A DNA stretch of 64,000 nucleotides from Octopus vulgaris (GCA_951406725.2 OX597827.1:23684001-23748000), one strand, 5' to 3'; shown: positions 13,490 through 28,089, counted from the stretch's first letter. The notes: generated by a model not told the origin, from the letters alone. Numbers and translations are program-made.

Positions 13490-14075
13490 CATTTCTGTCT
13501 TGATTTCACCATTCTTTTCCCTCTTGACCTAAAGTACTTGACTAGATCATCTTCCCATCATTGTGAAGGCCTTCCAAATGGTCTATTCCGATCTGTTGGG
13601 TACCATTTGGCAACTGCATGGATCCACCCGATGTCTGTGAACCATGTCACATATCCCGCTCAGCGATACTTGTGCTCTCAGTACTCTGCGATAAAATTGT
13701 TCGCTCTGCTCCATTCTCGAATTATCTCATTCCAAATGTGCTCTCTTGGTGATATTCCTTGCATGGATCCTTCCATAGCCCTTTGCATCATAGCCAATCA
13801 ATGTTCAGTCCTCTTCAGAGTGGCCCACTTTCCACTTGCATATAACAGCACTGTTAGGACAGTGTTACTGAAGAATCTGACACATATGGCATTGTCTACC
13901 TTGGCCTTGAGCCCATCCTTTATTCAGTTAAATGTCTTCTTCCATTCTGCCCTTGATCTCTTTAAGATTTCAGCATCCATATCTTGGCGCATATTCATTG
14001 TGTGTCCTAGCCAGAAGTACTCCTTTACCTCCTCAGTTTCATTGTTTCTCACCTCTATTTGACCTTATACTCTGT
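13490..14075 (-). mobile_element. RTE LINE ORF2 C-terminal fragment
   Basis: Minus strand EEVKEYFWLG.. and R*AGYVTWFTD..WYPTDRNRPFGRPSQ*WEDDL. Confidence 0.8.
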
Positions 14076-14847
14076 CTTCCAGTTGCATATATTTTAAAAG
14101 ATACCCTTTGCCTGAAGAGTAACCGGCTGTATACATCTTGCTTGGATATTTGTCACTTCTGATGTTCCGCTCGCTATGAAACATACATCACCCAAATCTT
14201 TCCTATGCCATTTCGTAACTCTTGTACTCTTATTCACACACTTGGTAACCCTGGTCACCTACTGTGAAATATAAAAATAACTTTTTCAGTTTATCGTAGT
14301 CCGATATGAAAAAGATTCACAACCTTCCATCTCAATAAACTACAATTATCCTAAATGCTGTTTTTTTTTATATTTACTACAGACTGCTTGAAGCTAACTT
14401 CCTTTCTGTTTCTTGTTCCTTGGATTTTACATTTTTACATACAAGAGAGAAGACCTACTTTTGCCTGTCCCTTGTCACAGCTCCTTTCTCCAGCGTTCAC
14501 CATTTCACCTCGTTATGGCTTAACAGCCTTCACCATTTGTTTTTACTGTTTTGTTCTTAATGTCCTGATTTTGTTACCCCTTTAACCCTCTACAAAAATC
14601 CCAAATTTTATTTAATTTGCTTCGCGTGAATGACTGCTTTAACGAAATCGAGTCTTCTCCCTACCTTCGAAACACGGAATAGATAAGACAGGGAACAACT
14701 GATGAAGGGATTGTTCTTTATATTGCCTGTCTCCTTTCTCTATTTGTTTCTTTTGTTGTCCAAAAATAAGTTGGTTTTTTCATGTTTTTGTTTTTTTATG
14801 TTCTCATTTTCATTTTGTTCATGTACCCTGAGTGGCTGTGTATAGGT

Positions 14848-15225
14848 GTAGGAGTGGCTGTGTGGTAAGTAGCTTGCTTACCAACCACATGGTTCCAGGT
14901 TCAGTCCCACTATGTTGCACCTTGGGCAAGTGTCTTCTACGATAGCCTGAGGCCGACCAAAGCCCTGTGAGTGGATTTGGTAGACGGAAACTGAAAAGAA
15001 GCCCATCGTATATACGTATATAATGTTTGTGTGTCTGTGTTTGTCCCCACAACATCGCTTGACAACCGATGCTGGTGTGTTTACGTCCCCTTAACTTAGC
15101 GGTTCAGCAAAAGAAACCGATAGAATAAGTACTAGGCTTGCAAAGAATAAGTTTTGGGGTCGATTTGCTCGACTAAAAGCAGTGCTCCAGCATGGCCACA
15201 GTCAAATGACTGAAACAAGTAAAAG
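14848..15225 (+). mobile_element. tRNA-derived SINE family A (representative; many copies, e.g. 7298-7762 +, 11185-11565 -, 39783-40090 -, 35190-35575 -, 53395-53770 -)
   Basis: A/B boxes (TGGCTGTGTGGT..GGTTCAGTCCC), internal microsatellite, tail ..GACTGAAACAAGTAAAAGA. Confidence 0.85.
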
Positions 15226-15298
15226 AGTATATATGTATGTATATATACATATATATGTAGATATGTACATATATGTATGTATATATGCACATATATAT

Positions 15299-15338
<40 letters not shown>

Positions 15339-15379
15339 CATTTTTATGATTATTATATATATATATATATATATATATA

Positions 15380-16060
15380 AAGGCAAAAGAAAAAGTATTT
15401 TCTATACCAATGTGCTGAAAAATAGACTTTAGATCATCTAGCCACAAACAACGTGGAGGCACACGGCCTAGTGGTTAGAGCAGTGGACTCGCAGTCGAGG
15501 GATCGCGGATTCGAATCTCAGACCGGGCGATGTGTGTGTTTATGAGCGAAACACCTAAGCTCCATGCAGCTCCAGCAGAAGGTAATGGCGAAACTTCTGC
15601 TGACTCTTTCGCCACAACTTTCTCTCACTCTTTCCGCTTGCAGCTCACCTGCGATGGACTGGCGTCCCATTTAGGTGGGGAACCTATATGCCAAGAAACC
15701 GGGAAACCGGCCCTTATGAGCCAGGCATGGCTCGAGAAGGAACAAAACAACCACAAACATTACTTTCCTTTATAAATACACTGCATGATGAAATGTGGAA
15801 AGCAAGCTAACAGAAATTATTTAAAATTCCGTTAAAATTTCTGTTAGCTTGCTTTCCTCATTTCATCATGCTGTGTATTATAGACAAAAATATTGTATGT
15901 GGTTAGATGATCTAAAGTCTAGTTTTCAGCACATTGGTATAGAAAATACTTTTTCTTTTGTCCCTATTTATAATTGTTTATAATTTTCACCTTAAAAGCT
16001 ATTTTAATATGCTGGCCACTGATAGGAATTTTTTGAAGAATTTCATCTTTATATTAGAAG
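15380..16060. mobile_element. Foldback element interrupted by a tRNA-derived SINE
   Basis: Arms 15380-15450 / 15893-15965 and 15775-15816 / 15835-15880. SINE at 15452-15750 is flanked by the duplication CCACAAACA. Confidence 0.7.
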
Positions 16061-16439
16061 TATATATATATATAATATATATATATAATCCTCTTCATCA
16101 GACTCTGAATTCATCCTTTACATTGCTAGAACCACATCACAAACACTGGCTCTTCTCTGCAGGGTTAGAAAATAGTTCAGCATCCAACAGTTCCTGGTAC
16201 TCTACAAGGCTCAAATTTATGGCCCATGATAGAGCACTATTACTACATCTGGAATGGAACCACTATCAGAATGTACAGCTTCCTCACCTTACACTCAGAT
16301 GAGCATGTGATTAGTGAGAACACAGCTTATCTGCGGATTTTCCATATCTCTGTTTTACTTTGTGTTACCATTTTTTTATCCATGCCATCTTACACACACA
16401 CACACACACACGTACATACAATGTATGTACCTGTGTGTC

Positions 16440-16483
<44 letters not shown>

Positions 16484-17326
16484 CAAGAGATAGCTAGTAA
16501 TATGATGTTGTGGTATGACATATTTTGACCCCGAGCAGCACAGATGTAAAGGGCCAGTCTGCTTAATGACAAAAGAGGTTATGGATAACAAGGAACTAGA
16601 AAGGGGGTGGGTGGGGGGAGGGAGGGAACAAGAGAGTAGAGTCTGTCTGTGTGTCTGTCACCTAGTTAGGTTATATTATAAGACAATTGAATTGTCAGTC
16701 AGTGGGATTATGTACCCCATGACATCCTGGTAACTGAGGTTGAGGTGTAAGGGTGCTATTGGGATTTGTCTGCAATTGTTTCATAATATGAGAGGACCAA
16801 GGTGAACCTTCGCCCACATCTGTTACCACCCATGCATACTTGACTCTGCAAACTCCATCCAACCCATGCCAGCATGGAAAAGTGGCTGTTATGATGATGA
16901 TGATATACTTACACACACACACACACACACACATCAACAACAACAGCACTGGTGAGTGAGGCTGACAAACTGATGTAGATTCTCTGCTGTATTATAGTAA
17001 ACACACCATGTATTGGTGTGTCTCTATAAATGATCCTTTATATATACATGTGTGCGAAACATGCATGCATACATCCATCCATACATACATACATACATAT
17101 ATACATACATACATACATACATACATACAAACAAATACACATATACATATAGACACATAATATACATACACACATGCGTGCACACACACACACACATATA
17201 TTTATGAATTTATACAACTTTAAATCCTGTTGTAACACTTATGCCATTACTTTCTATTATTACAATATTCACATATGTGGCGTTAATGATAATAGATGTA
17301 TGTGTGTGTGTATATATGGTTGTATA

Positions 17327-17386
<60 letters not shown>

Positions 17387-18399
17387 CACACATATACATA
17401 TATATATAATGTATAATATGTCTGCGCTGTCTGGAATTACACTCCATGAGCAATCTGTGTTGCAACCAATTTAGGAGAGATGGGAATAGTGGAGACGTCT
17501 TTCTTATAGAATAACACACACACACACACACGTATTATGTAATGCCCACATATACACAATACCCTATATTTAAGACCACACAGATTAATGTTTGTCTGTC
17601 TCATTCAAACTCTGCTTACCATTGAGAGCCTCAAGAGACTCTTTGTCTTGTTATTCATTCACAGACTCCTTCTTGAAATGTGAGAGTTCAGTTCTCTTCA
17701 TCTTTCCTATTTCTTTGTTTGTTGCTATTGTTATTTAGCCCCAGGCCAGCTTTGATCATGCAGGCCCATGATCAGAAGTGCTCCATCTGCAATTACATTT
17801 TACCCATAATGCCTTCCTATTTGAAGACATTAAGTTGTGGTTTGAGAGACATTTGGTTACTATTTCTGACAGGTCAACTGACCACTTAGAGGGATTTTTT
17901 TTATTCTTGGAGTGCTCTAAGATCATGTTAGAATTAAAACTGGAGTTCTTCTTATTGACCTATTTCAACTCTTCTGGTTTGAGAATATGCCTAACCTAGA
18001 GTCATGTTGAAGCCAACACAGACCTCCTTGTCTGAGGTGTGTTGAGTCATACACAGACTGACACACTTCTGAGGTGTGTGAGTATATTTTGCTACTGCAG
18101 CTTTGCAAAGCACTTGAAGGTTGCTGGTGTTGTATCTACAAGATATATTCAACACATATTGTAAATGTATTGTAAGGCACATTCTTTGTTCACATAATTG
18201 TTAAAGAGGTACCAGATTCCAGGGGAAGTTATCAGTGAAGGACTACTGTCTCTTCCAGGATGATATTTAACTCTCATCTATGGGAAACAAGGGAATCCAA
18301 ATGCACTAGTTTTGTTGAGAATGCTTGTAAAACTGATGTCTGAGGAAAAGAGGGAAGAGCAGTGTTGATTCACTTAGGGTACCCATTTACAGGAGTGAA

Positions 18400-18695
18400 G
18401 TGAGCGTGATCATTACCAGCGTCGCCTTACTGGCACCTGTGCCAGTGACATGTGTAAAAGATTCGAGCAAGGTCATTGCCAGTACCGCCTGACTGGCCCC
18501 CGTGCCAGTGGCATGTAAAAAGCACCCACTACACTCTCGGAGTGGTTGGCGTCAGGAAGAGCATCCAACTGTAGAAACTCTGCCAGATCAAGATTGAAGC
18601 CTGGAGCAGCCATCTAGTTTGCCAGCCCTCAGTCAAAATTGTCCAACCCATGCTAGCATGGAAAGCGGACGTTAAACGATGATGATGATGATGAC
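18400..18695 (+). mobile_element. SINE/RTE-tail family C ending ..GGACGTTAAAC(GAT)n (others at 8130-8683, 24155-24450, 26132-26640, 28455-28800, 58840-59340, 59850-60295)
   Basis: Recurrent CCAACCCATGCTAGCATGGAAAGCGGACGTTAAACGATGATG 3' end with internally repeated units. Confidence 0.8.
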
Positions 18696-20599
18696 AAGTC
18701 TAACATATTGTGGGCTGCAGTATCCTAAATTCTTGATCCTTTCAAAAAGGACCTTGTCACTGTTTCAGACCCTTCTAGTGATAAACAAAACTAACAGTTT
18801 GACATCAGAATTCTGTGTATTTTTGTTTTATTTTGCTTATGTTTTTGTGGATGAAAGTTAAAGCTCATCCTGGAAGAGTTATAGTAAGATTGTCAGCTTG
18901 ATAGAGAGGTTTGGCAGATCAGAAGCTACAGATCTGTGCCTGGTACACAATCAACTACCAATGATGTTCTACTTCATCAACAACAACAATAACAGAAGCA
19001 ACAACAACAATATCTGTTATTCACTGTTATACTTCTTCTTTGTTCTGTACCACATTACTTGTGAACATTGACTCCAACTCAAGAATGCAGTATGTCTTTC
19101 ACTGGAGTTTCCGTGGCTATGGTCTCGGATCACTGATGTGATTTGCCAGCCAACTTACAGGGTATTTTTATGAATGGCTGTTGGCTTACATTGACTCCCC
19201 CTGTCCTTTCACAGGCCTTGTTTTTAGTTCTGCAAAGTGTCCACAACATCCTCCTCACCTGGTAGGCCAAGTGGGGGAGCCAGTTTAGTTGCTGACCACC
19301 CAATCATGAAAGAGGTAGTGCTGGGTCATATGGCACCAGCAGCAGGATTTTCCTGACCTGAGGTTACACAATAATACAGTATATCTTATGCATCAGACTC
19401 TGAGTTAATATGTCTTTCCAGACACCGTGCTAAGTCCTTGGACAAGACACTCCACTCTACCTCAGACTGTCTTGCAGTAAGCTGTTAAACTAAAGACAAT
19501 ATCTGCTCACAAAGATGATATGATATTTCTTGTGGTGAAAGAAAATGTCTATCTGGTGCTGGTGGTGGTGTGTTTAAAATTATATTGACTCACCAGATAT
19601 CACAGATTGTAGTTAGAACTGAAGTCTGATTCCAATGATAAGGTTAACTGAGACAACCTTATCATTGGAACCTTATATTCTTCCTTTTCCTCTTCTTTCT
19701 TCAGGTTTAAATTTCCATGTCACCTTTCACCCTCTTTCTCTTGCATATTTACATTAACTCCCTCTCTTATTCAGGCGCTCACATCTTAGAATCCTCTGCT
19801 CTATTCTCTGTCCATCTATCTATCTATCTCTTCATTGATTCCACTTCTTCCACCCCTCTCTTTTTTCTCTCCCTTTCTCTCTATCTCTCCATTCTCCATT
19901 ACCAACACCAGCATCACCACCAATGCCTCTGCTACCACCCCTACCAAAACTGTCTATGTATGGTATCTGAGTTACTTCCCTTAGTGTTATACAAAAGGCC
20001 AATGGGCAGATGGGAGCATACTAATATATAAGATAGTCTAGTGAACAAAAACTAATTTTCCTAAGTTCCAATGACTAGTCACTTCTACTTTGTGGTACCT
20101 ATTTACAGCAAAGTAAACTGGGCTTTATACGTGTATATATGTATTATGTAGATGACAAATCTTTAAAAGCATAGATATCAATTGATGATATTTCATCAGC
20201 ATAGCTGGATGGCACTGTTGTATCACATAATTTCACTGTCAGCCAAACACTAAATGCCAAACAAAAAAAAAAATCAACCTAAGTGTGGTACCTTGGGCAA
20301 ATGTCCTCTACTATAGCCCCAGGCCAACCAAAGGTTTGTGAGTGGATTTGGTAGACAGAAGCTGAAAGAAGAAAAAATCCCATCATGTGTGTGTTTGTGT
20401 GGGTGGGTCTTTGTGTCTGTGTTTGATAACTGGTGTTGGTGTGTTTATGTCCCCCCACAACTTCGTAGTTCAGCAAAACAGACCAAGAGAATAAGTACCA
20501 GGCCTAAAAGAATTAAGCATTAAATACCTCGATCAATTCATTTGACTAACAAGCAATTCTTCAAGGCAGTGCTCCAGCATGGCCACAGTCTAATGACTG

Positions 20600-21013
20600 A
20601 AGCAAGTAAATATATATATATAAATATATTTTATTTAATTTTATTTGTTAGGGAATAAAAATTCTGGCATAACAGGGGTTCAAATTATTCTCAATGAGGA
20701 AATATATATTTTCATTTCGAGATAGTAGGCCCCTTCATCCCACCATATAAAAGGATTTTAATTTAAATACTTACTACTTATATCTTGGCTACACATGTTT
20801 CTTGAGATACATTTCCTGGTTCCTTAACTACGCCGTGTTTTGCTGGAACCCTTCTTAATGATTGGGATTATATTTTAAGAATGGTTCCAGCAAAACATGG
20901 CGTGGTTAAGGAACTGGGAAATGTACCTCAAGAAACACGTGTAGCCAAGATATAAGTAGTAAGTATTTAAATTAAAATCCTTTTATATGGTGGGATGAAG
21001 GGGCCTACTATCT
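20600..21013. mobile_element. Foldback element with ~135-bp inverted arms
   Basis: 20720-20858 versus ~20875-21013, plus an extra tail to the left, next to TA-rich tracts. Confidence 0.7.
20858..20950 (+). ncRNA. 5'-truncated hammerhead at the centre of a foldback
   Basis: (..)AUGA-UUGGGAUUAUAUUU...AAAUGUACCUCAA-GAAAC-ACGU-GUA|GCC. Stem III palindrome ACACGUGU. CUG and the 5' strand of stem I are lost at the inversion junction. Confidence 0.55.
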
Positions 21014-21669
21014 GTTAATGAAAGAAAATATATATAGATATGTATATATAAAAGTTTTTGTCAGTACTTTACATTCGGAAACGAAATTGTGCTTACAGGG
21101 ATTTATAAGACTTGGATGGAGTACAAATTCAAATAATAATAAAAAAAATAAAAAATAAAATATATAATAAAAATAATAAGATATCAAATGTAGGTGAACT
21201 AATATATAATAACATGAAAACCGTCCATGTGTGTGTAGATACATGTAGATACTTTTATTACTCCTTAACTCATAAACAAGCAAAAGAGCAGTTGTACTAT
21301 ATACAGAGTATTGTCTCCATTAAACACTCCCTTGTGTATATGTGTGTGTGTGTGTGTGTGTACATACATGATTAACCCAGGAAATTTAGTTGCCCTTGGA
21401 AATTGAACCTAAACTGTGGCCTTTGAACTTTCTAACTTTTCAAGCTTAAATCCCTGTTGACTGAGTCAGGATTAGTACAGACTGTAATCTTTCTTTGTCC
21501 AGGGAACAGGGGGGGGGAGCGCTCGGTAATAATTACTTCCATTTGATGTTGTGGCTGTGATTCCAGATGACTTCAACTATTCCACAGTGAACTTCTTGAA
21601 TGCCTTCCCCCTACCCCACCCTTACTGCCCCTATCATCGCATTCTGATAGATTTAATAGGATCGTGTGT

Positions 21670-21710
<41 letters not shown>

Positions 21711-21820
21711 TGAGCATGTATTTGAGTGTTTGTGACTGAATGCATAGTGTGTGGATTTATGTGTATATTTGCATGTGTGTGTATGTGTGTCATTACACGT
21801 ATAAGTTCCTCATATATGAA

Positions 21821-21903
<83 letters not shown>

Positions 21904-22084
21904 TATATATATATATATATATAAACATGTATATATATATATATACACATATATATATAAACATATGTACCGCAGAATCCTTTGCGTCCTGTTTTTCTTT
22001 TGATACATACATACATATATATATATATATACACATATATATATACATATACATACATATACATAAATATATATATATATATAT

Positions 22085-22155
<71 letters not shown>

Positions 22156-23569
22156 TAGATATATATGTATGTATGTATGTATGTATATGTATATAAGCTC
22201 ATTGAATGTGTCTGTGGGAGTGTGTGCTGTATATATGTCTGTATGTATATATGCATGTGTGTGTGTATTTGTGTGTGTGTGTGTATGTGTTTGTGGTGAA
22301 TGTAAATCTCATTTAACCCCATGGGGCAGTTTAGGAACAGTTTGCGTTTAATGTTGAGAAAATATTATTGCAGTCTTTTGTTCTCTTCAATGTATAAAAA
22401 GTGTTTGTAATTAAGGGCAGATAACTCGCTCTCTTCATTGAGAAAAATTACTTAAAACATTTCATCATTTCCTTTATTTATTTATAAAAAACAAAACAAA
22501 AAATGATGCCAGAATCTTATGAAATTAGTGATGGTGTATTGTATTTCAGTGTTGGAAATATTGCAAAGGGAATCGTGTGTATGCTGTGTGGTGAGTTGTA
22601 ATTTGAAGAATTCCTTATCAACTTGGTACAAAGACTTAGCTTATTCAGTGTTCACTATACTGTGTGTGTGTGCGTGTGAGAGAGAGAGCTTATCATTCTG
22701 TTTGTTTTTTATGTAATCCCTATTACACGGAACTCTTTACTTGTAAACCTTATCACTCTATTTTCTATGTGAACCCTATGTGATCATTCTTGTCCCTGTA
22801 TGTGAACAATTCTGTGACATTATGACATATCGTTCCCTCTCCATGACCCCTATTATGCTCTGTTCCCTCTGTATGGACCCTATTACACTCCATTCACTAT
22901 GTGGCCTCTCTTATTCTCAGTGGACCCATTTTCATTGTATGAATTCCTCCCCTAATATACAGCTCATAAGTGTACTGCTAGTTTGACTACTGCCACTACC
23001 ACCACCACTACTATACCTCCTCATACCACCAATACTACTATTACTATAACACTATTGATATTATTGGTACTACTACTACTGGTTTAGATTTAGGGCTAGA
23101 ATAAACACTTAGGATTAGCAATTAGGGACCAGTTTAAATGCCACCTTCTCAATTACACATTATGAGTGAAAACCCCACCTCAACCCCCATCCCCAGAAAA
23201 CAGCTTCACTTTTCCATTCAGGAAAAATGAGGCAGAAATGTAAATATCTTCAGTTTTTTAATTTTTGTCCTCCAATTGTGGCCTCTACCATAATATATAT
23301 CAAAACAGGAGATTGGAAAAACTTGCTGAATTTTTAATTCCATGTTACATATGTTTCATTACAAGATAAGAGTTAACAAAGGTATACATTATCATCATCA
23401 TCGTTTAAAGTCTGTTTTCCATGCTGGCATGGATTGGACAATTTGATAAGAGCCCAAGCTCCATTTCTCTTTTAGCATGGTTTCTACAGCTAGAGGCCCT
23501 TCCTAATGCCAACCACTTTACAGAGTGTACTGGGTTCATTTACACGGCACCAGTGGCCATTCAAGAATT

Positions 23570-23760
23570 TGGACCTGCAGATCTCCGCTTCCAGCGACTT
23601 CGAGGGCCACCTCCCAGTGGTGTCAGGCGTCAACGAAGAGCCCTCAACTACAACAAGATGACTAAAGTTTTTTTTTTCCAAGGTCTGGGGTCTCCTGATC
23701 CTAAGCCCTAGACCATCACCTAATCACCCTTACCCGTCTTGTTGCTTAACAACAACGACA
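23570..23760. repeat. Dispersed ~190-bp repeat, second copy at 50285-50490
   Basis: Shared AGATCTCC..CAGCGACTTCGAGGGCCACCTCCCAGTGG..CCCTTACCCGTCTTGTT followed by (AAC)n. Confidence 0.85.
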
Positions 23761-24543
23761 CCAGCACAGATACATTTGAGTGGCACCAGCGCAGGTGCTT
23801 TTCACATGGCACCAGCACTCCTGAGCCCACAAGATTAGGACTGCTCAGCTGGAAAGGAATGCCGAGGACAACCATGGTTTCACTTAGCTTGATGCATCTA
23901 TCTAGAAAAAACATGTATAGAATCTCCTGTCTGTAATTCTTCAGACAAAGATTAAAACATAACTCCTGACTTATAATTAAGTACATGTAACATGTAATTA
24001 CTCTGCAAGTTGAATTCATAAAAAATTTCAGTCACTGCGTATAACACATTTAAAATAAAACATCTATGTACATACGCAGGCTTACTGTGAACATGCAGAT
24101 GTACTTCACAAAGATACAGCTTGGATTATATATATATATATATATAGAATGCATCATCATCATCACTTAGCTTCCACTTTCCATGCTGGCATGGGTTGGA
24201 TGGTTTGACAGAACTGGCAAGACAGGAGGCTGCACCAGGTTCCAATCTGATTTGGCAAGGTTTTTAAGCTGGATACTCTTCCTAATACCAACCACTCCAA
24301 GAGTATTAGTGTGTGCTTTTACGTGCCACCAGCATGGGAGCCAGCCAGGCAGCACTGGCATCAGTCATGCTTGAATGGTGTTTTTACATGCCACTGGTAC
24401 AGGTGCCAGTCAGGTGGCACTGGCATCAGCCATGACTATGATCTCACTTGGTTCAGCAGGTCTTACGAGTACAGCATATTGCCCAATGATTTAAGGGTGC
24501 TTTTAAACAGCCAGATATGCAACATATATATATATATATATAT

Positions 24544-24822
24544 AATTATAATTTAGGGTATCTAAGAGATACTACCACGCTGGAAATAGCAGCCCAAACT
24601 TGATTCTAAAACCACATTAAATGTTCATATAGCACATTCTTCTCTCCTGGTGCTGTATCAACATTTAATGTGTTTTTAGAGTCAAGTTTTGGCTGCTATT
24701 TCCAGCGTGGTAGTATCTCTTAGATACCCTAAATTATAATTTTAATAATAATTAACTTTGAAGGTTTTTATTCCCATGCTGACCACCTGATAAGTTTGGT
24801 ATTTAAATAATGATCTTATTCT

Positions 24823-24825
<3 letters not shown>
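24544..24825. mobile_element. Foldback element with ~90-bp arms and 3' tail
   Basis: 24544-24634 versus 24649-24741, flanked by (TA)n. Confidence 0.7.
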
Positions 24826-24879
<54 letters not shown>

Positions 24880-24885
<6 letters not shown>

Positions 24886-26091
24886 CATCCCATAAATAAT
24901 GCACTTTTTTTACTTTTTATTTTTAAGTCTAAAAATATACTCTCCTTCATTTTCTACAATGTTCTTCCATTTATCTGGTAGACTTTGACTTTCAAGGCCT
25001 CTCTTCCAAAATTCACTTGTCCTTGATGAAAAATACTCTCCCAGTACTGTTCTGACCTTGTCTACAGAATTCATATTTTTTCTGTCCAAATGATTTTGAA
25101 GACTGCGGAATAAAAGATAATCAGATGGGGCAGTGTCCGGTAAATATGGTGGGTAGGGCATCGTTTCCCATTCACACTGCTCCAGCTTTTGGAATGTTAT
25201 CTTCGCTGTATGTGACCAAGCAATCCTGATGGAAGAAAACTATTCGTCTTGATACCAAAGATGGACGTTTTTCTTCTAGCACTGACCTGAGCTGCTCAAG
25301 CTCCTTTGTTATCATTTGATTTGGGTTTAAAAGTTCAAAGTGGACTAAACCTTTCATATCCCACCAAACAGATAACAACACCTTACATGGGTGAAGACTT
25401 TCTCTGGCCTGGGGTGCCGGTGTTTCTCTTTTCCTAACCCATTGTCTTCAGTGCTTTCACATTTTTATAGAGAACTCATATTTGATCCAAAAAAGGTTCA
25501 TTTGTGAGACATGACTGCAAAGAAAAGCACACATTCACTCTTTGCATGTGATTAGACTTAGAAAGTTTATGAGGAAGCCATTGACTCAATTTGCTGACTT
25601 TTCCGATGTCAATGAATGGCTGAATGACCAAATCCACACTTCTCTGCTAGTTCCTCAACAGTTACAATGGAATTTTTTTTTTCCACCAGGGTTTGCAGGA
25701 TGTCCTCATTGAGTTCTACAGATCTTCCAGGATGAGGCTCGTCTTCTAGGCTGTAGTTTCCGGCTTGAAATTTCTGGAACTACCATTGACACTGGCTTAC
25801 ACTTATTGTCCGATCCCCATATACTACATTAATATTCCTCACAATTTCCGTTGCATTGTTGCCTTTATTGAACTCCTAAAGCAAAATATGCCAAATATAC
25901 TCCTTTGTCACTTCCATTATAGCTTTGGAAAAATAACAGTTAAAATTGGACTGCACTCTTCAAAACTTGCACTAAGAATAAGTACAAGGTAAAATTACTA
26001 CCTGCTTTTATAGCAAGTTGATACAGGTAGTTTATCCCATCCCCCTCTGTTTATGCAATCGAAGAAACAAAATTATTTATGGGATGACCCA

Positions 26092-26092
<1 letters not shown>
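24880..26092 (-). mobile_element. Mariner transposon, near full length, transposase pseudogenised
   Basis: TIR GGGTCATCCCATAAATAAT at both ends in TA context. ORF pieces LLSVWWDMKG and PYPPYLPDTAPSDYLLF (YSPDLAP-D motif). Confidence 0.9.
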
Positions 26093-26135
<43 letters not shown>

Positions 26136-27399
26136 TCATCATCATCATTTAGCGTCTGCTTTCCATGCTAGCATGGGTTGGACGGTTCAACTGGGGTCTG
26201 TGAAGCCAGTAGGCTGCACCAGGCCTAGTCTGATCTGGCAGTGTTTCTATGGCTGGATGCCTTTCCTAGCGCCAACCACTCCGTGAGTGTAGTGGGTGCT
26301 TTTTACATGCCACCGGCACAGGGCCAGGCGAGGCTGGCAACGGCCACGAACGGATGGTGCTTTTTACGTGCCACCGGCACGAGGCCAGTCGGGGCAGCGC
26401 TGTTAATGGCCACGAACGGATGGTGGTGTCAGACGAGTCTGGCAAATGGCCACAAACGGATGGTGCTTTTTTTACGTGCCACCGGCACGGGGGCCAGGAG
26501 AGGCTGGCAATGGCCACAAACGGATGGTGCTTTTTACGTGCCACCGGCACGAGGCCAGTCTGAGCAGCGCTGGCAACGGCCACATTCAGATGGCTCTCTT
26601 ACGTGCCACCGGCACTGGTAACTCAGCTGCAATTTCCATTAATCGATTTCGATTCTGATTTCCACTTGCCTCAACAGGTCTTCACAAGTAGAGTTTTGTG
26701 TCCCAAGAAGGGAAGGTATGCATAAGTGGGCTGGCTACATCCCATGTAGAAGGCCATGGGTTATGGTCTCACTTGTCCTGCATGAATGTATATATATATA
26801 TATGATACAATATATATTTCATATGATGTAATACAATATGTAATCTAGACACACACTACAGTACTGGGGTTAATGAAAGATATGAACCACTAACCCTCTC
26901 AGATGGTTGTTTGCTGCCCCTTCTGCCCTATTGTTTCTGTAACCTACTAACGAGGACCTGGTTCAGTTTACCACCCATACTTTTTTTAGTGTACATGAGT
27001 GTATATGTATATATATATATATATATATATACATGTGTGTGTGTCTTATGTGGAGTGGGTCATGGGTCCATATGTGTTTTATTTACATGCATGTGCTTGT
27101 ATCTGAACATGTGTGTATGTTTGTGTACACACACACACACATGCATGCAAGCATACACATACACACTTACATACCTGTGTGTGTGTTTACACACACATAT
27201 AAGTTTGGTGCTACAAATCACAACCTAACCTTTTGCACCATTTGTAAAGAGACCATTTATAACTAATAAAGAAATATATATGTACACGCACACATATACA
27301 TATATACATACATACATACATGCCTACATACATACATACATACATACATACATGTGCGTGTATACATATATACACACACACACGCACACACATACACAT

Positions 27400-28088
27400 A
27401 TCCTATTATAAATTTGAGTAATGTTTCTCTGTCTGTTACATTTTTATGTTCCTTAATTCTTCTTAGACCATTGGTGCAAAGACAATGAAACTCAAACTAC
27501 TAACTCCCTTAACCCCAGAGAATGTCCTAAGGAGGTCTTTTTTTAAGGGCTACCTAATTGGGGCTCCAATGACCCCCCCACACACACACACACACATTTT
27601 TACTGCATTTTAAACTAGATACATGGCATTGGTGACCAAGTCGGAGCAATGGCAATGAATTTCATACCATGAACACCCAGGGAGTATCATAAGAAGGTTC
27701 AATTTCTGAAGACCCACTTAAATAAGGCCCCACTGACCCCCACTATTTTTACTGCATTTACCTTGCTCCTACGCTTATTAATCAGCATCAGTGCTTAGCA
27801 CATTTGCAGAAATAGGTTTGCGCATTCTAAATACCTTCAGATTCCTTCAAATCAAGATGAAGTTTTATAACAGGTACGTTTCAGGTGTGGTAATGTGGTT
27901 ATTTATATTTTGTAGTTTATGAAACTTACGTCTAGTGATTATATATTTACATTGGATCAGTTTCCCATGTAAAGACCAATTCCAGTGTTATCACTAAACA
28001 AATGATTCCTCCTATACGAAGGAACATATATTTGTAAAGAGATATGGATGAAGACGATAGGCATTTCTTCCACAGTTGCCCAACCCTA

Positions 28089-28089
<1 letters not shown>
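27400..28089 (+). mobile_element. Helitron-like element; ~520-bp homologue at 3795-4320 (-)
   Basis: 5' TCCTATTATAAAT..CTCTGTCTGT; CTAG at 27932 and at 28086. High similarity to the reverse complement of 3795-4320. Confidence 0.65.

Noticed and set aside
13481-14062. 193-aa + strand ORF
   Set aside because: Antisense shadow of a minus-strand RTE fragment.
14655-14720. GAAAC ... CTGATGA in type II order
   Set aside because: Stem III/NUH and stem I cannot be formed convincingly; the core sits in a competing hairpin loop.
16088-16110. Minus-strand CTGATGAAGAGG
   Set aside because: Runs directly into a TA tract and the rest of the motif is absent.
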